Source: Nitrospirota bacterium (GTDB lineage: Bacteria > Nitrospirota > UBA9217). Taken from it: 64,000 bases of DNA. Numbering within the stretch: position 1 is the first letter of the stretch; each line of letters begins with the position of its first letter. Both the position numbers and the translations under genes were made by a program. Under the pieces are notes generated by a model that saw nothing but the letters and a program-made list of their open reading frames with translations, was not told the origin of the DNA and searched no databases. Of the stretch, positions 22,939 to 33,749 are shown piece by piece. The DNA lies in the NCBI GenBank assembly GCA_963845065.1, contig CAWJQQ010000001.1, positions 32,001 through 96,000 of the forward strand, read 5' to 3'.

Positions 22939-23750
22939 AACGTACCTCCTACCGCTGCTCACCGGAAGTCTTCGTATTGTTTTAATTGAAATTGAACTTG
23001 GCGAGAAGATGCTTACGTGACAGGAATACTTAACTGTTACACCGATAGAGCGGGAAGTCAATGTCTCCGGGGAATATAGTGCCTATTAGTACTACACTAA
23101 TGATCCCTTGCTAAGATCTCAAGCGTGCGACCGAGCGAAACGATCAGTTCCTTTGGCACAGAAGAGGCGGATCTGGACGGATGATACAGACGACAGGGTC
23201 TTAGACACTTCGGCCACTGAAGAATGCAGACCGGTCCCTTTCGAAAATTTCAGGCAGGCGACCGAGTCCGAGGGTTAAGCATTTCGGACTGCCTGGACCC
23301 CGCGGGTGTCTGAGCACGAAGGGCGAGTTTCCGAAATGTACCGAGGACGACCGAGCCTGCTGTAAAGGAATTTTCGTAGCGTGCCCTTCTTTGGCACATT
23401 TCTTGGGCACGCAAGAAAGGTGACGATTATCTATGAATGGCGATGCAGAAAAAAAGGATCTCGGTCATATGTTTTTATCTCTCCCGTCAGAACATTGCGA
23501 GAATAAGTAACACGAAATTTCTTCATATATCCTCCATGATTTTGCTTTCTCTCCGACGAGCATCTTTATTCTATAACTTTCTTTACCTCGTGACATTGTA
23601 GTATATACAGTATGTCGCCCATGTGATAGCGTAAAACGCCCGTCACTTTATTGAATGTACCTGAATCGTGAATTGCGTCAGAGGCAAGGTATTTCGAACA
23701 CCCATGGCGTCCGCCCTTATAAATGGTGAAGCAGAAGATGAAATCAGTTT

Positions 23751-24542
23751 TTATGTTTTCCTGACCATTGTAGTATATTGATTTCTTATTTCATCTATAC
23801 CATATTTTTTTTCCAGCTGTCTTACTATGAAATGTCCCCGTGCTATAGACTGAAAGTGATTAATGAACAAAAGATTAATTCCTGCACCCCCTACTGCACC
23901 AATGACGGGTATCATTTCAGCTACGATTTTTTCGGTAACAACAACGTTGAATCTAGCTGCAATTTTAGTAATTAAGCGAATCAAAACGGGTGCACCTTCT
24001 TCAGCCACGCCCCGCTCAACAATATATTCAGCGGCTTCCATGACTGCTCTGCCTAATGCTATTCGGATAGCATAGTAACCTGATGTTGAACTGTCATCTG
24101 CAAAGTGTGGGCCACCTAGTGCGAATACTTCGAGGCAAGCCAACTGGGTATCGATTTGAGTTAAGTCTTCTCCTTCACTTCTGGCTATATCAGCTATTGA
24201 TCGCAACATAATTGTTGTTGAAATAGGCAATTCAACCAAGACCGCTGTTATACCAAAAAATCCACTCATACCCCCGGTAACACTTACTCCTATTTTATGC
24301 CACCAATTGCTCGGTGATTTGGTTATTGATTTATTAATTGTCCGAATGGCGCCACGCAGGGCTAATCGCATTGCTTTTATAGTTACTTCGGATATCACTT
24401 CATTAGCTTTGGGAGGCAACTTATTGACTACCCATTCGATAGGCATGCCTATCTTGTTGGTCAGTGTTGCAACCCAATTTATGTTTTCTAGAAGATCAAC
24501 TGCTTCTCGTAAACGGTCTCTGTCTGATTCTTCCATCATCAT
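23751..24542 (-). CDS. EcsC-family protein
   Basis: ELPISTTIMLRSIADIARSEGED, CLEVFALGG and IPVIGAVGGA motifs. Confidence 0.85.
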   Translation of the reverse strand: MMMEESDRDRLREAVDLLENINWVATLTNKIGMPIEWVVNKLPPKANEVISEVTIKAMRLALRGAIRTINKSITKSPSNWWHKIGVSVTGGMSGFFGITAVLVELPISTTIMLRSIADIARSEGEDLTQIDTQLACLEVFALGGPHFADDSSTSGYYAIRIALGRAVMEAAEYIVERGVAEEGAPVLIRLITKIAARFNVVVTEKIVAEMIPVIGAVGGAGINLLFINHFQSIARGHFIVRQLEKKYGIDEIRNQYTTMVRKT

Positions 24543-24946
24543 CTTATCTTTTTCATTTTAAATTTGGGTATAATCATGATACCGGTGACCGCAATGGCTC
24601 TTTTAACTTGGCGACATGGTGCGCTCTGACACAGTTGGTTTTATTTTTCGTCTTGTAAGTATAGCTGAGTACCAAAGAATCTTCGGTCATAAGGTAAACT
24701 TATTTTTGACATCATCCATTATTCAATTCAAGATACTATCTATGGTCAGGTCTGAAATACTAAAATGTTCACATATTCAGCTTGTAATGTGTACGCTATC
24801 CGCTTGGCCAGAGTCACAACTACAGCAAGAAGACTGCGCCGCATGCTAACTGCATGTTTCAATCGTAACTCTTCAAATCTTGAGAGGAAATACTGCTTGC
24901 CGCTGTCGCGATAGTAGTCTGGCAAATCAATGGATCAAATATCGTG

Positions 24947-25891
24947 TCAAGCCATTTTAATCACAATCTTTCCCCTCGCCCTCCCGGACTCGCTATAAGC
25001 AAGTGCCTCTTTGGCCTGGTCCAGGGGAAAAACTCTGTCAATAACCACTTTCATCCTGTCGGATTCAATGTGAGACATCATCCACGTCATGTCAGTGGAA
25101 TTTGGCTTGACCCAGATGGAGCGGACCTTTCTGCTTGATAAAAAGCCTATCAGATACTGATTCAGGAAGCCGGAAAAGGATCGGAGGGTGCTGATGTAGA
25201 CGCCATTCGTGTTGAGGGCTTTATTGCATTCGCCAAAGGATCGTTTGGCGACTGCATCGAAGATGATGTCATACCTATCTCGCTGGTTCGTGAAATCCTC
25301 TGCTCTGTAGTCTATGGCGCGATCCGCGCCTAGGTCTTTCACGAGGTCGAGGTTCGCTGCGCTGCATACCCCAGTGGTTTCTGCGCCGAAGATTTTAGAG
25401 ATCTGGACAGCAAACGTTCCCACGCCGCCTGATGCGCCGTTGATCAGGACCTTTTTGCCGTATGCGATTCTGCCGCGGTCACGTAGGGCCTGGAGAGCGG
25501 TAAGCCCAGCAACGGGGATGCAGGCAGCTTCTTCGAATGAGAGGCCGGCGGGCTTGGTAAACGCCGTAGTTTCCGGCAAACACATGTATTCCGCAAATGC
25601 GCCCATGCTGCGTACACCCGATAGACCGATCAAATGGTCGCCTTGGTTAATCTTTGAGAAGCCGCCGCTGGTCTCGACTACCTCGCCCGCGTACTCAGAG
25701 CCTAGGACCTTGGGGAATTTGCTTCCTGTGATAAGCCGCAACATTCCGGAGCGTACCTTCCAGTCCAGGGGGTTGACACTCGCGGCATGTACCTTGATCA
25801 GCACCATGCCCGTCGCACATCGCGGCTGCGGTACGTCCCCGATCTCCACGACGTCATTCCTGCCATATTTTCTGATAACGACTGCTTTCAT
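24947..25891 (-). CDS. NADP-dependent MDR/quinone oxidoreductase (zinc-independent ADH-like)
   Basis: AASVNPLD, NGASGGVG and GRARGKIVI motifs. Confidence 0.9.
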   Translation of the reverse strand: MKAVVIRKYGRNDVVEIGDVPQPRCATGMVLIKVHAASVNPLDWKVRSGMLRLITGSKFPKVLGSEYAGEVVETSGGFSKINQGDHLIGLSGVRSMGAFAEYMCLPETTAFTKPAGLSFEEAACIPVAGLTALQALRDRGRIAYGKKVLINGASGGVGTFAVQISKIFGAETTGVCSAANLDLVKDLGADRAIDYRAEDFTNQRDRYDIIFDAVAKRSFGECNKALNTNGVYISTLRSFSGFLNQYLIGFLSSRKVRSIWVKPNSTDMTWMMSHIESDRMKVVIDRVFPLDQAKEALAYSESGRARGKIVIKMA

Positions 25892-25940
25892 AGGTGGACT
25901 CCCCATGGACGTGCGGCGTCAGGCCCCGCTTACGTCGACC

Positions 25941-26369
25941 TTATTTCTGAACATTATTTTTCAAGTAAGTCCGGACCTTCGCCGCAATCTGACGATCAGT
26001 CATTTTGTCTACCGTCTCAATACCAGCTATGCGACCGCTCAGTTGGAAACTCTCGATTCGTTTTACTAGCTCACCCTTTGCCTCGCCGGGACCAAAGATC
26101 AGTAATACTGCCGCATCGCGAAGGTGCGAAATTACCTCATCATAATATTTATCGAGATGTCCCGTAAGGTCTCTCTGCTGCGAATCATCCGCTGGAACCA
26201 GCTGAGCCGGATAGGAAGTCGTAGAGCGCACACCCTCAAAACGGCCGAGTTGTTTTTCCACTCGCGAAATTACCTCTTTTACTTCCTCCCCTTTGTCCGT
26301 AAAAGCCACGATAACAGCCTTCCTATGGTCGATCCACAAACCTTTTGTCGTTTTCATAGAATTCTCCAT
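25941..26369 (-). CDS. Hypothetical protein, eRF1 domain 2/baeRF-like
   Basis: GLWIDHRKAVIV and LIFGPGEAK motifs. Confidence 0.65.
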   Translation of the reverse strand: MENSMKTTKGLWIDHRKAVIVAFTDKGEEVKEVISRVEKQLGRFEGVRSTTSYPAQLVPADDSQQRDLTGHLDKYYDEVISHLRDAAVLLIFGPGEAKGELVKRIESFQLSGRIAGIETVDKMTDRQIAAKVRTYLKNNVQK

Positions 26370-26597
26370 GAGAAATGATAAACGTTCTTTATTTTAAGTA
26401 TACTACATATAATCGCTCTGATAAGAATAGAAATTATAACGACTTCCTTAGAAGAGGATGTAGGACGCACCGCAGTATCAACGATAATTCTAAACGTCTA
26501 CTAAAATAAAACGGGCGATGATTTCTCATTGCCCATGATGTATTTCCGAAACATTGTTATGTGGTTAATTTCGTGCTTGCCGATTTTTACATTACAT

Positions 26598-26915
26598 TTA
26601 CGACTTCACCGAAACCGCCTGCTTTTCGCGGATTGCCGCGGGCGTGGACACCACCAAGCCAGCCACCGTCCCGAGAAGTCCGCCGACCACGAGACAGACT
26701 GCAGCTGCGCAGGATATCCCGACCACGATACCCATCACCACAGCTGCCCTGACAAAGAGCGTGGGTTCAACTGCGCCGCCCATCAGTTTTTGGAGCAGGA
26801 TCAGTGTTCCGTAGCTTCCGAAATAAAATCCCGGCATGATTCCAAACACCAAGAATACTAACCCGCCAACCGTTGCGCCTATCTTCATTCCCGTTTTTAC
26901 CGTTTCGTTCTTCAT
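26598..26915 (-). CDS. Small Gly-rich membrane protein (paralog 1)
   Basis: FLVFGIMPGFYFG; similar to the adjacent gene. Confidence 0.75.
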   Translation of the reverse strand: MKNETVKTGMKIGATVGGLVFLVFGIMPGFYFGSYGTLILLQKLMGGAVEPTLFVRAAVVMGIVVGISCAAAVCLVVGGLLGTVAGLVVSTPAAIREKQAVSVKS

Positions 26916-26962
26916 GACAAATTCTCCCTGTATAAAAAAATTCAATAACTTTTGCTATTTCG

Positions 26963-27277
26963 TTATTTGCTGCCGGCCATCGATGCCTTTTCCGATGCGT
27001 GTCCGCCTTCAAGCATTCTGCCGACGAGCCAACCCATCGTGGAGGTGGCAGTTACGATCGTGATTCCAGAAACCATGACGCCTACCAGCATGGAAGCGAG
27101 CACGATTGCGCGTGATATGATTCCCGGATCCAGCGGAAGCCCGAAGAACATTCCGGCTATTTTGATTCCTGCGGCGCCGCCAAGGAGGCTGCCGGGAAGA
27201 AGACCGAAGATAGCGAAGAGTACGATTCCTGCACCTGCTCCGATGTATGCTGTTTTTCTTGAAATTGTGGTATTCAT
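26963..27277 (-). CDS. Small Gly-rich membrane protein (paralog 2)
   Basis: FAIFGLLPGSLLGG; RBS AAGGAGG. Confidence 0.75.
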   Translation of the reverse strand: MNTTISRKTAYIGAGAGIVLFAIFGLLPGSLLGGAAGIKIAGMFFGLPLDPGIISRAIVLASMLVGVMVSGITIVTATSTMGWLVGRMLEGGHASEKASMAGSK

Positions 27278-27316
27278 TTTATTGTCCTCCTTTTCGTTTA
27301 GTCTTGCCCCGTATAT

Positions 27317-27332
27317 TGCAGATCGCATGCCA
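27317..27332 (-). promoter_or_regulatory. Sigma-54 promoter
   Basis: TGGCATGCGATCTGCA (GG-N10-GC), 40 bp upstream of the ATG. Confidence 0.6.
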
Positions 27333-27449
27333 AAAGATAACTGATTGATTTTGCGAACACATGGTGTCGCGATTTTTTGCAAAGATGAGAAATGGAGTAA
27401 TTGCGTTGTTAATCATGCAAACGAATCGAAGTGATAGGGACAGGGTCTC

Positions 27450-27626
27450 AATGGGTAAAAAATAGGTAGATGACGCTAACGAATATAGTTTGGAACATTA
27501 TGTGTTTCCATGGGTTGCAATTACAACAGTTTCAGGATGCATTTGTTGACAGAAAACTTTCTCCAAAAATGCGATGATACAAGATGAATTTTACACCAGC
27601 ACTAATATTATATGAAACTAGAGTTC
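27450..27626 (+). repeat. Family A repeat, copy A7
   Basis: GGGTAAAAAATAGGTAG, TAACGAATA, TTTCAGGATG, AAAATGC, ATGAATTTTACACC, ATATGAAACT. Confidence 0.8.
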
Positions 27627-27705
27627 CTGCTCAAAACCGAGAACATTGCAATTTGAGTTCAGGATTAAATCTTGATATACGTCATACAATGTCATACCAT
27701 TATAT

Positions 27706-28208
27706 ATGCTTATATTTGATTTATCTACGCTAATTCTCCTTGCGCGGGCAGATATGCTCGATTTATTTTTTGTGAGTTACAGGGGGAATGTTTATATTCC
27801 TGAAAAAGTGGTATCTGAGGTAACAATATCGGACAAAGATGAGGCCAAATCAATTAAAAGATACATAGAAAATAAAAAAATAAGTGTTGTGAAGGTAAAA
27901 AATGCCACCCTAATAAGAAAACTCGTGGACGATTTTAATATAGATATTGGTGAAGCGGAGGTGCTAGTGCTGGCCGATGAAAAAAAGGTAGGCATCGTAG
28001 CAACCGATGATAGAAATGCGATTCGTGCATGTAAGATATAAAACTTGATTTTGTAACTGCTATTTCTTTTTTGATACGAGCTGTTGAAAAAGGTTTGCTG
28101 CCGAAAGATGAGGGTGTTATAAAGGTAAAAAAATTGCAGTCTATCGGTAGATACAGTAAAAATATCCTGGACGATGCTGCACGTCAGATACTGGGAGGAG
28201 GAAAATAA
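27706..28208 (+). pseudogene. PIN-domain toxin (DUF3368-like), frameshifted near 28040
   Basis: IFD, GEAEVL and TDD motifs; the C-terminus (KLDFVTAISFLIRA...GRYS) continues in another frame to TAA 28206-28208. Confidence 0.75.
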
Positions 28209-28349
28209 ATGGCTACGAAAACATTAAGTATACGTATCAACGACAATGACTATAAATTTCTTTCTGCTTTAGCCAAGGAAGAACGAGGGGATATGTCTAC
28301 GGCTGTACGTGAATTAGTCGATCTCGGAAGAATCATGCTTGCAGTTGAA

Positions 28350-29973
28350 CAATGGTCCGCGCATTCCCCCTGCTAGGCGATGGAGCGCCAGGAGGCGGGT
28401 CAAGCGGACCGGTTTAGGTTGTGCTATATTAGTACGACCATGCTATTTGCCATGCCAGCAGCAATATCGAGCGGCGTTAAATTCCGAGCATACCCGACAG
28501 AAAAGCAGAAAGAAGTGCTTTCGCAATGGATAGGCTGCCAGCGGTTTATCTACAACGCCAAGGTTTCTGAGGCCAAGTATTTCCGCACGTTCAGGAATCA
28601 CTCCCTTTCTTTAACGGGAATCCAGTCTCCGATCGACCAACAATACGCTCAGTTTAAAGATAAAGAGCTAACTCCCTTCTTGTATAACGTGCCTTCCCAA
28701 ATACTTCGCAATGGCGCCACCCGGTTTATGGGCGCACAACAGCGGTTTTGGAAAGGGCTGTCTGAGCGTCCTACCTTTAAGAGAAAGTCTGGTCGCCAAA
28801 CCGTCTGGCTGACGAATGAATTGTTTAGGTTTGTGCCTATAGTTAAGGGGAAAAGCAAACATAGTGAAATCACCTACGAACACAAGCTGGTACTTGGCAC
28901 CAAGAAACACGCTCTCGGCGAACTTTGCTTTAAGGCACATACGGAATATGGTTTGCCATCTACCGTCACGATTACACGGGAAGCTGGCAAGTGGTTCCTC
29001 TCGTTTTCGAATGAGAAACAGGGTGTCTGTATATCCGAAGAAGACTTGATCGCGTACTATGCCTCCATGCCAGCCGACAAACTCAATGAAGTAGCTGTCG
29101 GCATGGACCGCGGCGTGGTGCTTCCTGCGGCGATGAGCGATGGAACAAGCCACGATTTCACTCCGGAACAGAAGACAAACCTTGCCGCAAAAGAGTTGCG
29201 CCGTAAACGGTACGAGCGCCAAATGGCAAACCGCGTAAAAGGCTCTGGCCGTTGGAAGCGATCGGTAGGCCATGTAACAAGCTGCCATGCCGTAGCAGCC
29301 AACATCCGAAACGATTTTGCGCATAAGGCCAGTAGAAAGATCGTTGATTCAGAGGCTGAAATTATCGTGTTCGAAGATCTTAAAATAAAGAATATGACGA
29401 AAGCACCGAAACCGAAGAAAGCAGGCACCCAAACCAACACCAGAACAAATGCCAAAACCAGCAAATATCTCCCCAACGGTGCAGCTGCCAAGGCCGGACT
29501 CAATAAAGCAATACTCGAGTCCGCCTGGGGCAAGGTCAAAACATTCATCACCTACAAAGCCAGGAGGGCCAACAAACTAGTCATTGCCGTACCACCGCGG
29601 GGCACATCGCAAGAGTGTTCGAAGTGTTCGCACACTCACCCGGACAATCGCTTGACGCAAGCTACGTTCGTATGCCAGAACTGCGGCTTTACCGAAAACG
29701 CCGATTTCAACGCATCATGCACCGTTAAAAACAGAGGTATCACGATGCTGATCGCCGGTGAAATATCGGTAAAGCAAAAGAAGCGTGCCATGCGGTTAAA
29801 GAACAACAAGCAATTAAAAGAAAAACAGCACCTAGGGCCGGAACAGCCCAAAGTAACGCGCGGGGAGATGGAGTTAAGACGATCTGCGGGCATATGCCTT
29901 CAGATCGCATCTGTCGAGAACCGTGAAACCCCCACTACAATTGCACAAGCGGTTTAGTGGCGGGAGAGTTCAT
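28350..29973 (+). mobile_element. IS200/IS605-family TnpB-only element (IS1341-like)
   Basis: Inserted 3' of TTGAA with no target duplication; left-end hairpin GGTCCGC...GCGGACC; right-end hairpin ending in TCAT. Confidence 0.88.
28440..29957 (+). CDS. tnpB: TnpB RNA-guided nuclease
   Basis: KFRAYPT; RuvC residues D (GMDRG), E (FEDL) and D (NADFNA); CxxC...CxxC zinc ribbon. Confidence 0.92.
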   Translation: MLFAMPAAISSGVKFRAYPTEKQKEVLSQWIGCQRFIYNAKVSEAKYFRTFRNHSLSLTGIQSPIDQQYAQFKDKELTPFLYNVPSQILRNGATRFMGAQQRFWKGLSERPTFKRKSGRQTVWLTNELFRFVPIVKGKSKHSEITYEHKLVLGTKKHALGELCFKAHTEYGLPSTVTITREAGKWFLSFSNEKQGVCISEEDLIAYYASMPADKLNEVAVGMDRGVVLPAAMSDGTSHDFTPEQKTNLAAKELRRKRYERQMANRVKGSGRWKRSVGHVTSCHAVAANIRNDFAHKASRKIVDSEAEIIVFEDLKIKNMTKAPKPKKAGTQTNTRTNAKTSKYLPNGAAAKAGLNKAILESAWGKVKTFITYKARRANKLVIAVPPRGTSQECSKCSHTHPDNRLTQATFVCQNCGFTENADFNASCTVKNRGITMLIAGEISVKQKKRAMRLKNNKQLKEKQHLGPEQPKVTRGEMELRRSAGICLQIASVENRETPTTIAQAV

Positions 29974-30339
29974 AAGTATAGAAAATCAGACGTGTCTTTG
30001 GCAAAGGCTGCGCGATTGGCAGGGGTATCATTATCAAAGATGATGGATATTCTGGCAGAATACGGCATTTAGGCAAATCTGGAATATGAAGATTATCTCA
30101 AAGGGCTGAAGACCATCAAAAAAATATGGGCATGAAGACGAACAAAGTAATAAAGTCTCGCGCTCAGCGTACGGTGAATCTTTGGGAGGTAAAGAAGCAT
30201 CAGGAAAAGAAGCTTAAGCGGATACAGAACGCTGCTTGATACTTATCACTCTTTGATTAGCCCACTTGGTCTAGACCTTCCTAACGACTTCGAGAACAGG
30301 TTCCTACAGATCGTAAGAAGCCAAAATAAAAAACGTTAA

Positions 30340-30386
30340 GGCTCATAACCCGAAGGTCATCGGTTCAAATCCGGCCCCCGCTACCA
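30340..30386 (+). other. 3' half of tRNA-fMet (att-site remnant B1), followed by a terminator hairpin at 30396-30428
   Basis: GGCTCATAACCCGAAGGTCATCGGTTCAAATCCGGCCCCCGCTACCA; the 5' half is absent. Confidence 0.88.
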
Positions 30387-30748
30387 ACAAACTCAAGGGG
30401 TTACAGCATTCGCTGTAGCCCCTTTTTCTAACCTTTCTACCGTCCTGTTTGTGTCCTGCGAGAATAATAAACACATTATGTTGAAAAAGTACTGAGATCA
30501 GTACGCTGCGAATTTATTAGAAACAGATATCAATAGATCATTTTGAAGGAAGCAGAATGGAAGAACCAGGCTGCTTAGAGAATGGATGGAAAGCAGTTCG
30601 AGCTTTCGGTATCGCGGAAACATGGCAAGAGATAGGCAAAGAAGGCGAAGACATTGAGGGAATACAAAGCCTGCAGCCGGAAGGTCTAGGAATCAACGTC
30701 CGCTCCTGTTGCATTTGAAAAGTTCCAGTGCAGTGAACGACAGGGATA

Positions 30749-30777
30749 TTGACAACATCACAAAAATGTATTACTAT
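30749..30777 (+). promoter_or_regulatory. Sigma-70 promoter of the TA operon
   Basis: TTGACA-N17-TACTAT. Confidence 0.55.
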
Positions 30778-30818
30778 TGAGATACGTAATGATAATTAGA
30801 AAGGTAAGGTAAATTACT

Positions 30819-31073
30819 GTGTCGACCGCCGCGGTTAAGATCACTCGCAAGGGGCAGATAACGATACCGAAGGAAATTCGGGAAAAACTGAAGACCGATG
30901 CCGTCTATTTCGAAGTGGAGGATGGTATTGTCATGGTAAAGCCGGTGCGGGATGCGGCCGGCTCGCTCCGGGAATTCGCCGTGAATGTTAAACCAGGAGC
31001 ATCCCTGCGGCAGATAAAAGACAAAGCGTGGGAGGTTGCGGTCCGTGAAAAAACCGGCAAGAAATCTGCCTGA
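30819..31073 (+). CDS. AbrB/MazE-type antitoxin
   Basis: KITRKGQITIPKEIREKL motif. Confidence 0.88.
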   Translation: MSTAAVKITRKGQITIPKEIREKLKTDAVYFEVEDGIVMVKPVRDAAGSLREFAVNVKPGASLRQIKDKAWEVAVREKTGKKSA

Positions 31074-31446
31074 TACCAACACCATAGTCCGCTACCTTGT
31101 TGCAGATGATCTAGTCCTGCACGACAAGGCGAGGGAATTCTTTGACAGAGTGCAACACGACGGCGTTAAGGCCATCATCCTCGAGAGCGTAATCGCCGAA
31201 TGCATGTATATCCTGACAAAGATTTACAAGGTTCCTCGGGTCCGGGCTGCAGGGAGTCTTATTGATGTCTTACGATATAAAGGAATCGCGAATGATGATC
31301 AGCAGGAACTTATCCTGGCGTTAACGCTGTGTTCGGAACATGGCTTGGACATCGTTGATTGTATTCTCTGCGCAAAGGCCAAGTCCAACGAATACCGCCT
31401 GTTTACGTTCGATGCTGATCTGAACAAACTAATGCATCGCATTTAA
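31036..31446 (+). CDS. VapC-like PIN-domain toxin
   Basis: DTNTIVRYL, IAE, DIVD and FTFD motifs. Confidence 0.88.
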   Translation: MRSVKKPARNLPDTNTIVRYLVADDLVLHDKAREFFDRVQHDGVKAIILESVIAECMYILTKIYKVPRVRAAGSLIDVLRYKGIANDDQQELILALTLCSEHGLDIVDCILCAKAKSNEYRLFTFDADLNKLMHRI

Positions 31447-31462
31447 CGACAAAAACGCAGAA

Positions 31463-31933
31463 ATGACTCGAAGCATTCGCGTCCTCACTAAAAAAGAAAG
31501 TGTTAGTAATGACAAAAAGATTGGGGCGGATCATCTTATGATCTTACGGAATCTATCGCCCGATTTCGATGAATGGCCGAAACGGTGGATGGGACTGAAG
31601 GAAGATTTGGAGTACGGGAAGAAGCTGCTGCCGTACATGGAAGAGTTTCTTGACGATCTCATAAAAAGGGACGTGTCTCTGAAAACGCTGAAAAACCATA
31701 TCGACAACACGTGGTTGCTGGGTGGGTCGATCATAAAGCATGTTTCGATGTACGAAGATTACAAAACCGCCCCGCTCAAGAAGCTTGTGGAATCCGTTAA
31801 AGCAGGTGGTATGCTTCCGGATGGCTATGATCAAATGACGGAACGGGATCTGAGGGCGTTTGAAAGGACCTGCGAATTGTTTGAAGAATTTTTAAAAAAG
31901 ACAGCGACGAAAGAGAAGATTCACGCGGGCTGA
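31463..31933 (+). CDS. Hypothetical protein
   Basis: 156-codon ORF in a co-oriented cluster. Confidence 0.7.
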   Translation: MTRSIRVLTKKESVSNDKKIGADHLMILRNLSPDFDEWPKRWMGLKEDLEYGKKLLPYMEEFLDDLIKRDVSLKTLKNHIDNTWLLGGSIIKHVSMYEDYKTAPLKKLVESVKAGGMLPDGYDQMTERDLRAFERTCELFEEFLKKTATKEKIHAG

Positions 31934-31963
31934 AGTCCGCGGCTTCCTCAGAAGGGAAAGTAT

Positions 31964-32704
31964 ATGTTTATGCCACCGAGTGTCTATTGCGGCGATAAAA
32001 CCATGCTGGAATCACTGGAGAAATGTGGGTCAAAACGAACGCTCCATGAGGTCTACGGTCTGTTCTATGGCTGTATCTCTACGCCGCATATGGACCGGCC
32101 GTCGGACTATCTGGACCTTATTCTCGGCCGAGAGGACAGTAAGCCTTTCGCGTCCCTGAACGATGCAAACAGGACGTTGGGAAACATCATGTCTCTTTGG
32201 GATTTTATTGCGAGCTGGAAACCGGAACAGGGAGAGTATTTCTATCCTGATACGGAATACCCTGTAACGCTAGACGGCTTGAAACAATCTATTATGGACC
32301 ATCTTGCGTTCATGAATTATTTCGTCAAAGGGCTGGATCTAGGCGGACTGCAGGAGCCTGACATTACCGAGGACGTCAAAATTGCGTTAAAGGATCTGGC
32401 AACGGCAAGCACAGTGCAGAAAAAGATGCTGGAGTTGCTTGCGCGAGATAAAACAGCCAGGGATAGCGATATAGCCGAGTCGAGGAAGCATGTTGCACAA
32501 CTTGAGGAAGTGATGATCCATTGTATCGCGAGAATCAATTCGAACCTCCTTGAATCCAGAATGGCCAAGGCAGAGGGAAAGCGTGGGCCAGGACTCCCGG
32601 GCGAAAAAATTACTCTCGCACGTACGGACAAGATACACCGCAATCAATTCTGTCCTTGCGGAAGCGGCAAGAAGTACAAAAAGTGCTGTGCCGGGAGCGC
32701 GTGA
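31964..32704 (+). CDS. YecA/UPF0149-like protein with a C-terminal SEC-C motif
   Basis: RNQFCPCGSGKKYKKCC. Confidence 0.8.
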   Translation: MFMPPSVYCGDKTMLESLEKCGSKRTLHEVYGLFYGCISTPHMDRPSDYLDLILGREDSKPFASLNDANRTLGNIMSLWDFIASWKPEQGEYFYPDTEYPVTLDGLKQSIMDHLAFMNYFVKGLDLGGLQEPDITEDVKIALKDLATASTVQKKMLELLARDKTARDSDIAESRKHVAQLEEVMIHCIARINSNLLESRMAKAEGKRGPGLPGEKITLARTDKIHRNQFCPCGSGKKYKKCCAGSA

Positions 32705-32796
32705 AGGCTAATCGATGTAATGGCGCAACAGGACGCAAGAGCATTTGAACAAACCAATGAGCCATTCGATAAACATTTACAAAGGATTGAAGCAAA

Positions 32797-33378
32797 ATGG
32801 TGATTGATCCTGCCAGTGCAAACAGATTCATCATCGAGTATAAGCGGTTCCTTCTTTCGATTTACAAACGGGACGACCAGCAGGAGGAGCCTCTACGCAT
32901 GGTTGATAAGCTGGCTTCAGCCAGACGCATGTTCATATCAAATCGGGGACTGCTTGACAATTATACAAGTACGTTGGAGGCTGGTATTGAACCCGTCGAT
33001 CGGAAGATTCTGCTCGCAATCAGAAACGTCGAATTTTCCAGATGGGTGTACCTGCGCGATTTGAAGGCATACTCAATTTTTCTTAAGGACGGCGGCGGTT
33101 CCGGATATGGTGTTCTTGGTTTGACGGATGAGATCAATGTTTTGACCGGCGGCGCTGGTGTAGTCCTGGAGACAGGTGTATTCGCCTTAGATGATCACTA
33201 TGTGTGCGACGGATTGATAACAAGTCTCATTCACCTTGGTCCGAACTATAGAAAGAGCTTCAATGATCTTCATAAAAACCTGCGTGCATCCGGCAGGTTC
33301 CTGACAAATCCTATTTTGTCGCCACGACCGCTGTTAGAGGAAGCCGCCCTGCACGAAAGCAACAACATTGCGCCATGA
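32797..33378 (+). CDS. Hypothetical protein
   Basis: 193-codon ORF with an ATGA overlap to the next gene. Confidence 0.7.
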   Translation: MVIDPASANRFIIEYKRFLLSIYKRDDQQEEPLRMVDKLASARRMFISNRGLLDNYTSTLEAGIEPVDRKILLAIRNVEFSRWVYLRDLKAYSIFLKDGGGSGYGVLGLTDEINVLTGGAGVVLETGVFALDDHYVCDGLITSLIHLGPNYRKSFNDLHKNLRASGRFLTNPILSPRPLLEEAALHESNNIAP

Positions 33379-33749
33379 GCATTAATCACAACGATTTGGT
33401 CCAGCAAATACAGAAAACATCTGCGATATTACTGGAGGAGAAGGGCTATGTCAACTTCGTGGATGTCCTCATGCGCATGGGGAGATTGCGGAAGGAAGAT
33501 TACGATGACTGGAGATTCGGCAGAATGTCTTGTCTTGAGCGTGTTATCACGGTGAATCTGGCGAAGATCAATCAGTTGCTTCGGGCATTTCAGCAGCACG
33601 CGCGAGCCAGCGGTCTAACCCCGAGTAAAACAGTGTACCTTTCGTGGGGCAAGGGGCGAAAAAGGCAACTCAGATTTTCAAAGTTTGGAACACCGGATAT
33701 CGAGGAGGTCTATGCCACGCACTTTCTGAAACCGAAAGAGGGCGAGTGA
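33375..33749 (+). CDS. Hypothetical protein
   Basis: Translationally coupled on both sides; LRFSK...Y.TH motif. Confidence 0.72.
   Translation: MSINHNDLVQQIQKTSAILLEEKGYVNFVDVLMRMGRLRKEDYDDWRFGRMSCLERVITVNLAKINQLLRAFQQHARASGLTPSKTVYLSWGKGRKRQLRFSKFGTPDIEEVYATHFLKPKEGE

Larger units (their letters stand above)
28209..30135 (+). pseudogene. UPF0175-like antitoxin split by a TnpB element, with a nonsense codon
   Basis: 28209..28349 (MATKTLS...LAVE) joins in frame to 29974.. (KYRKSDVSLAKAARLAGVS); TAG at 30070-30072. Confidence 0.8.

Noticed and set aside
30340..30386. Functional tRNA-Met genes (also at 39978 and 50064)
   Set aside because: The acceptor 5' strand and D-arm are missing; these are only 3' halves, so they are treated as att remnants.
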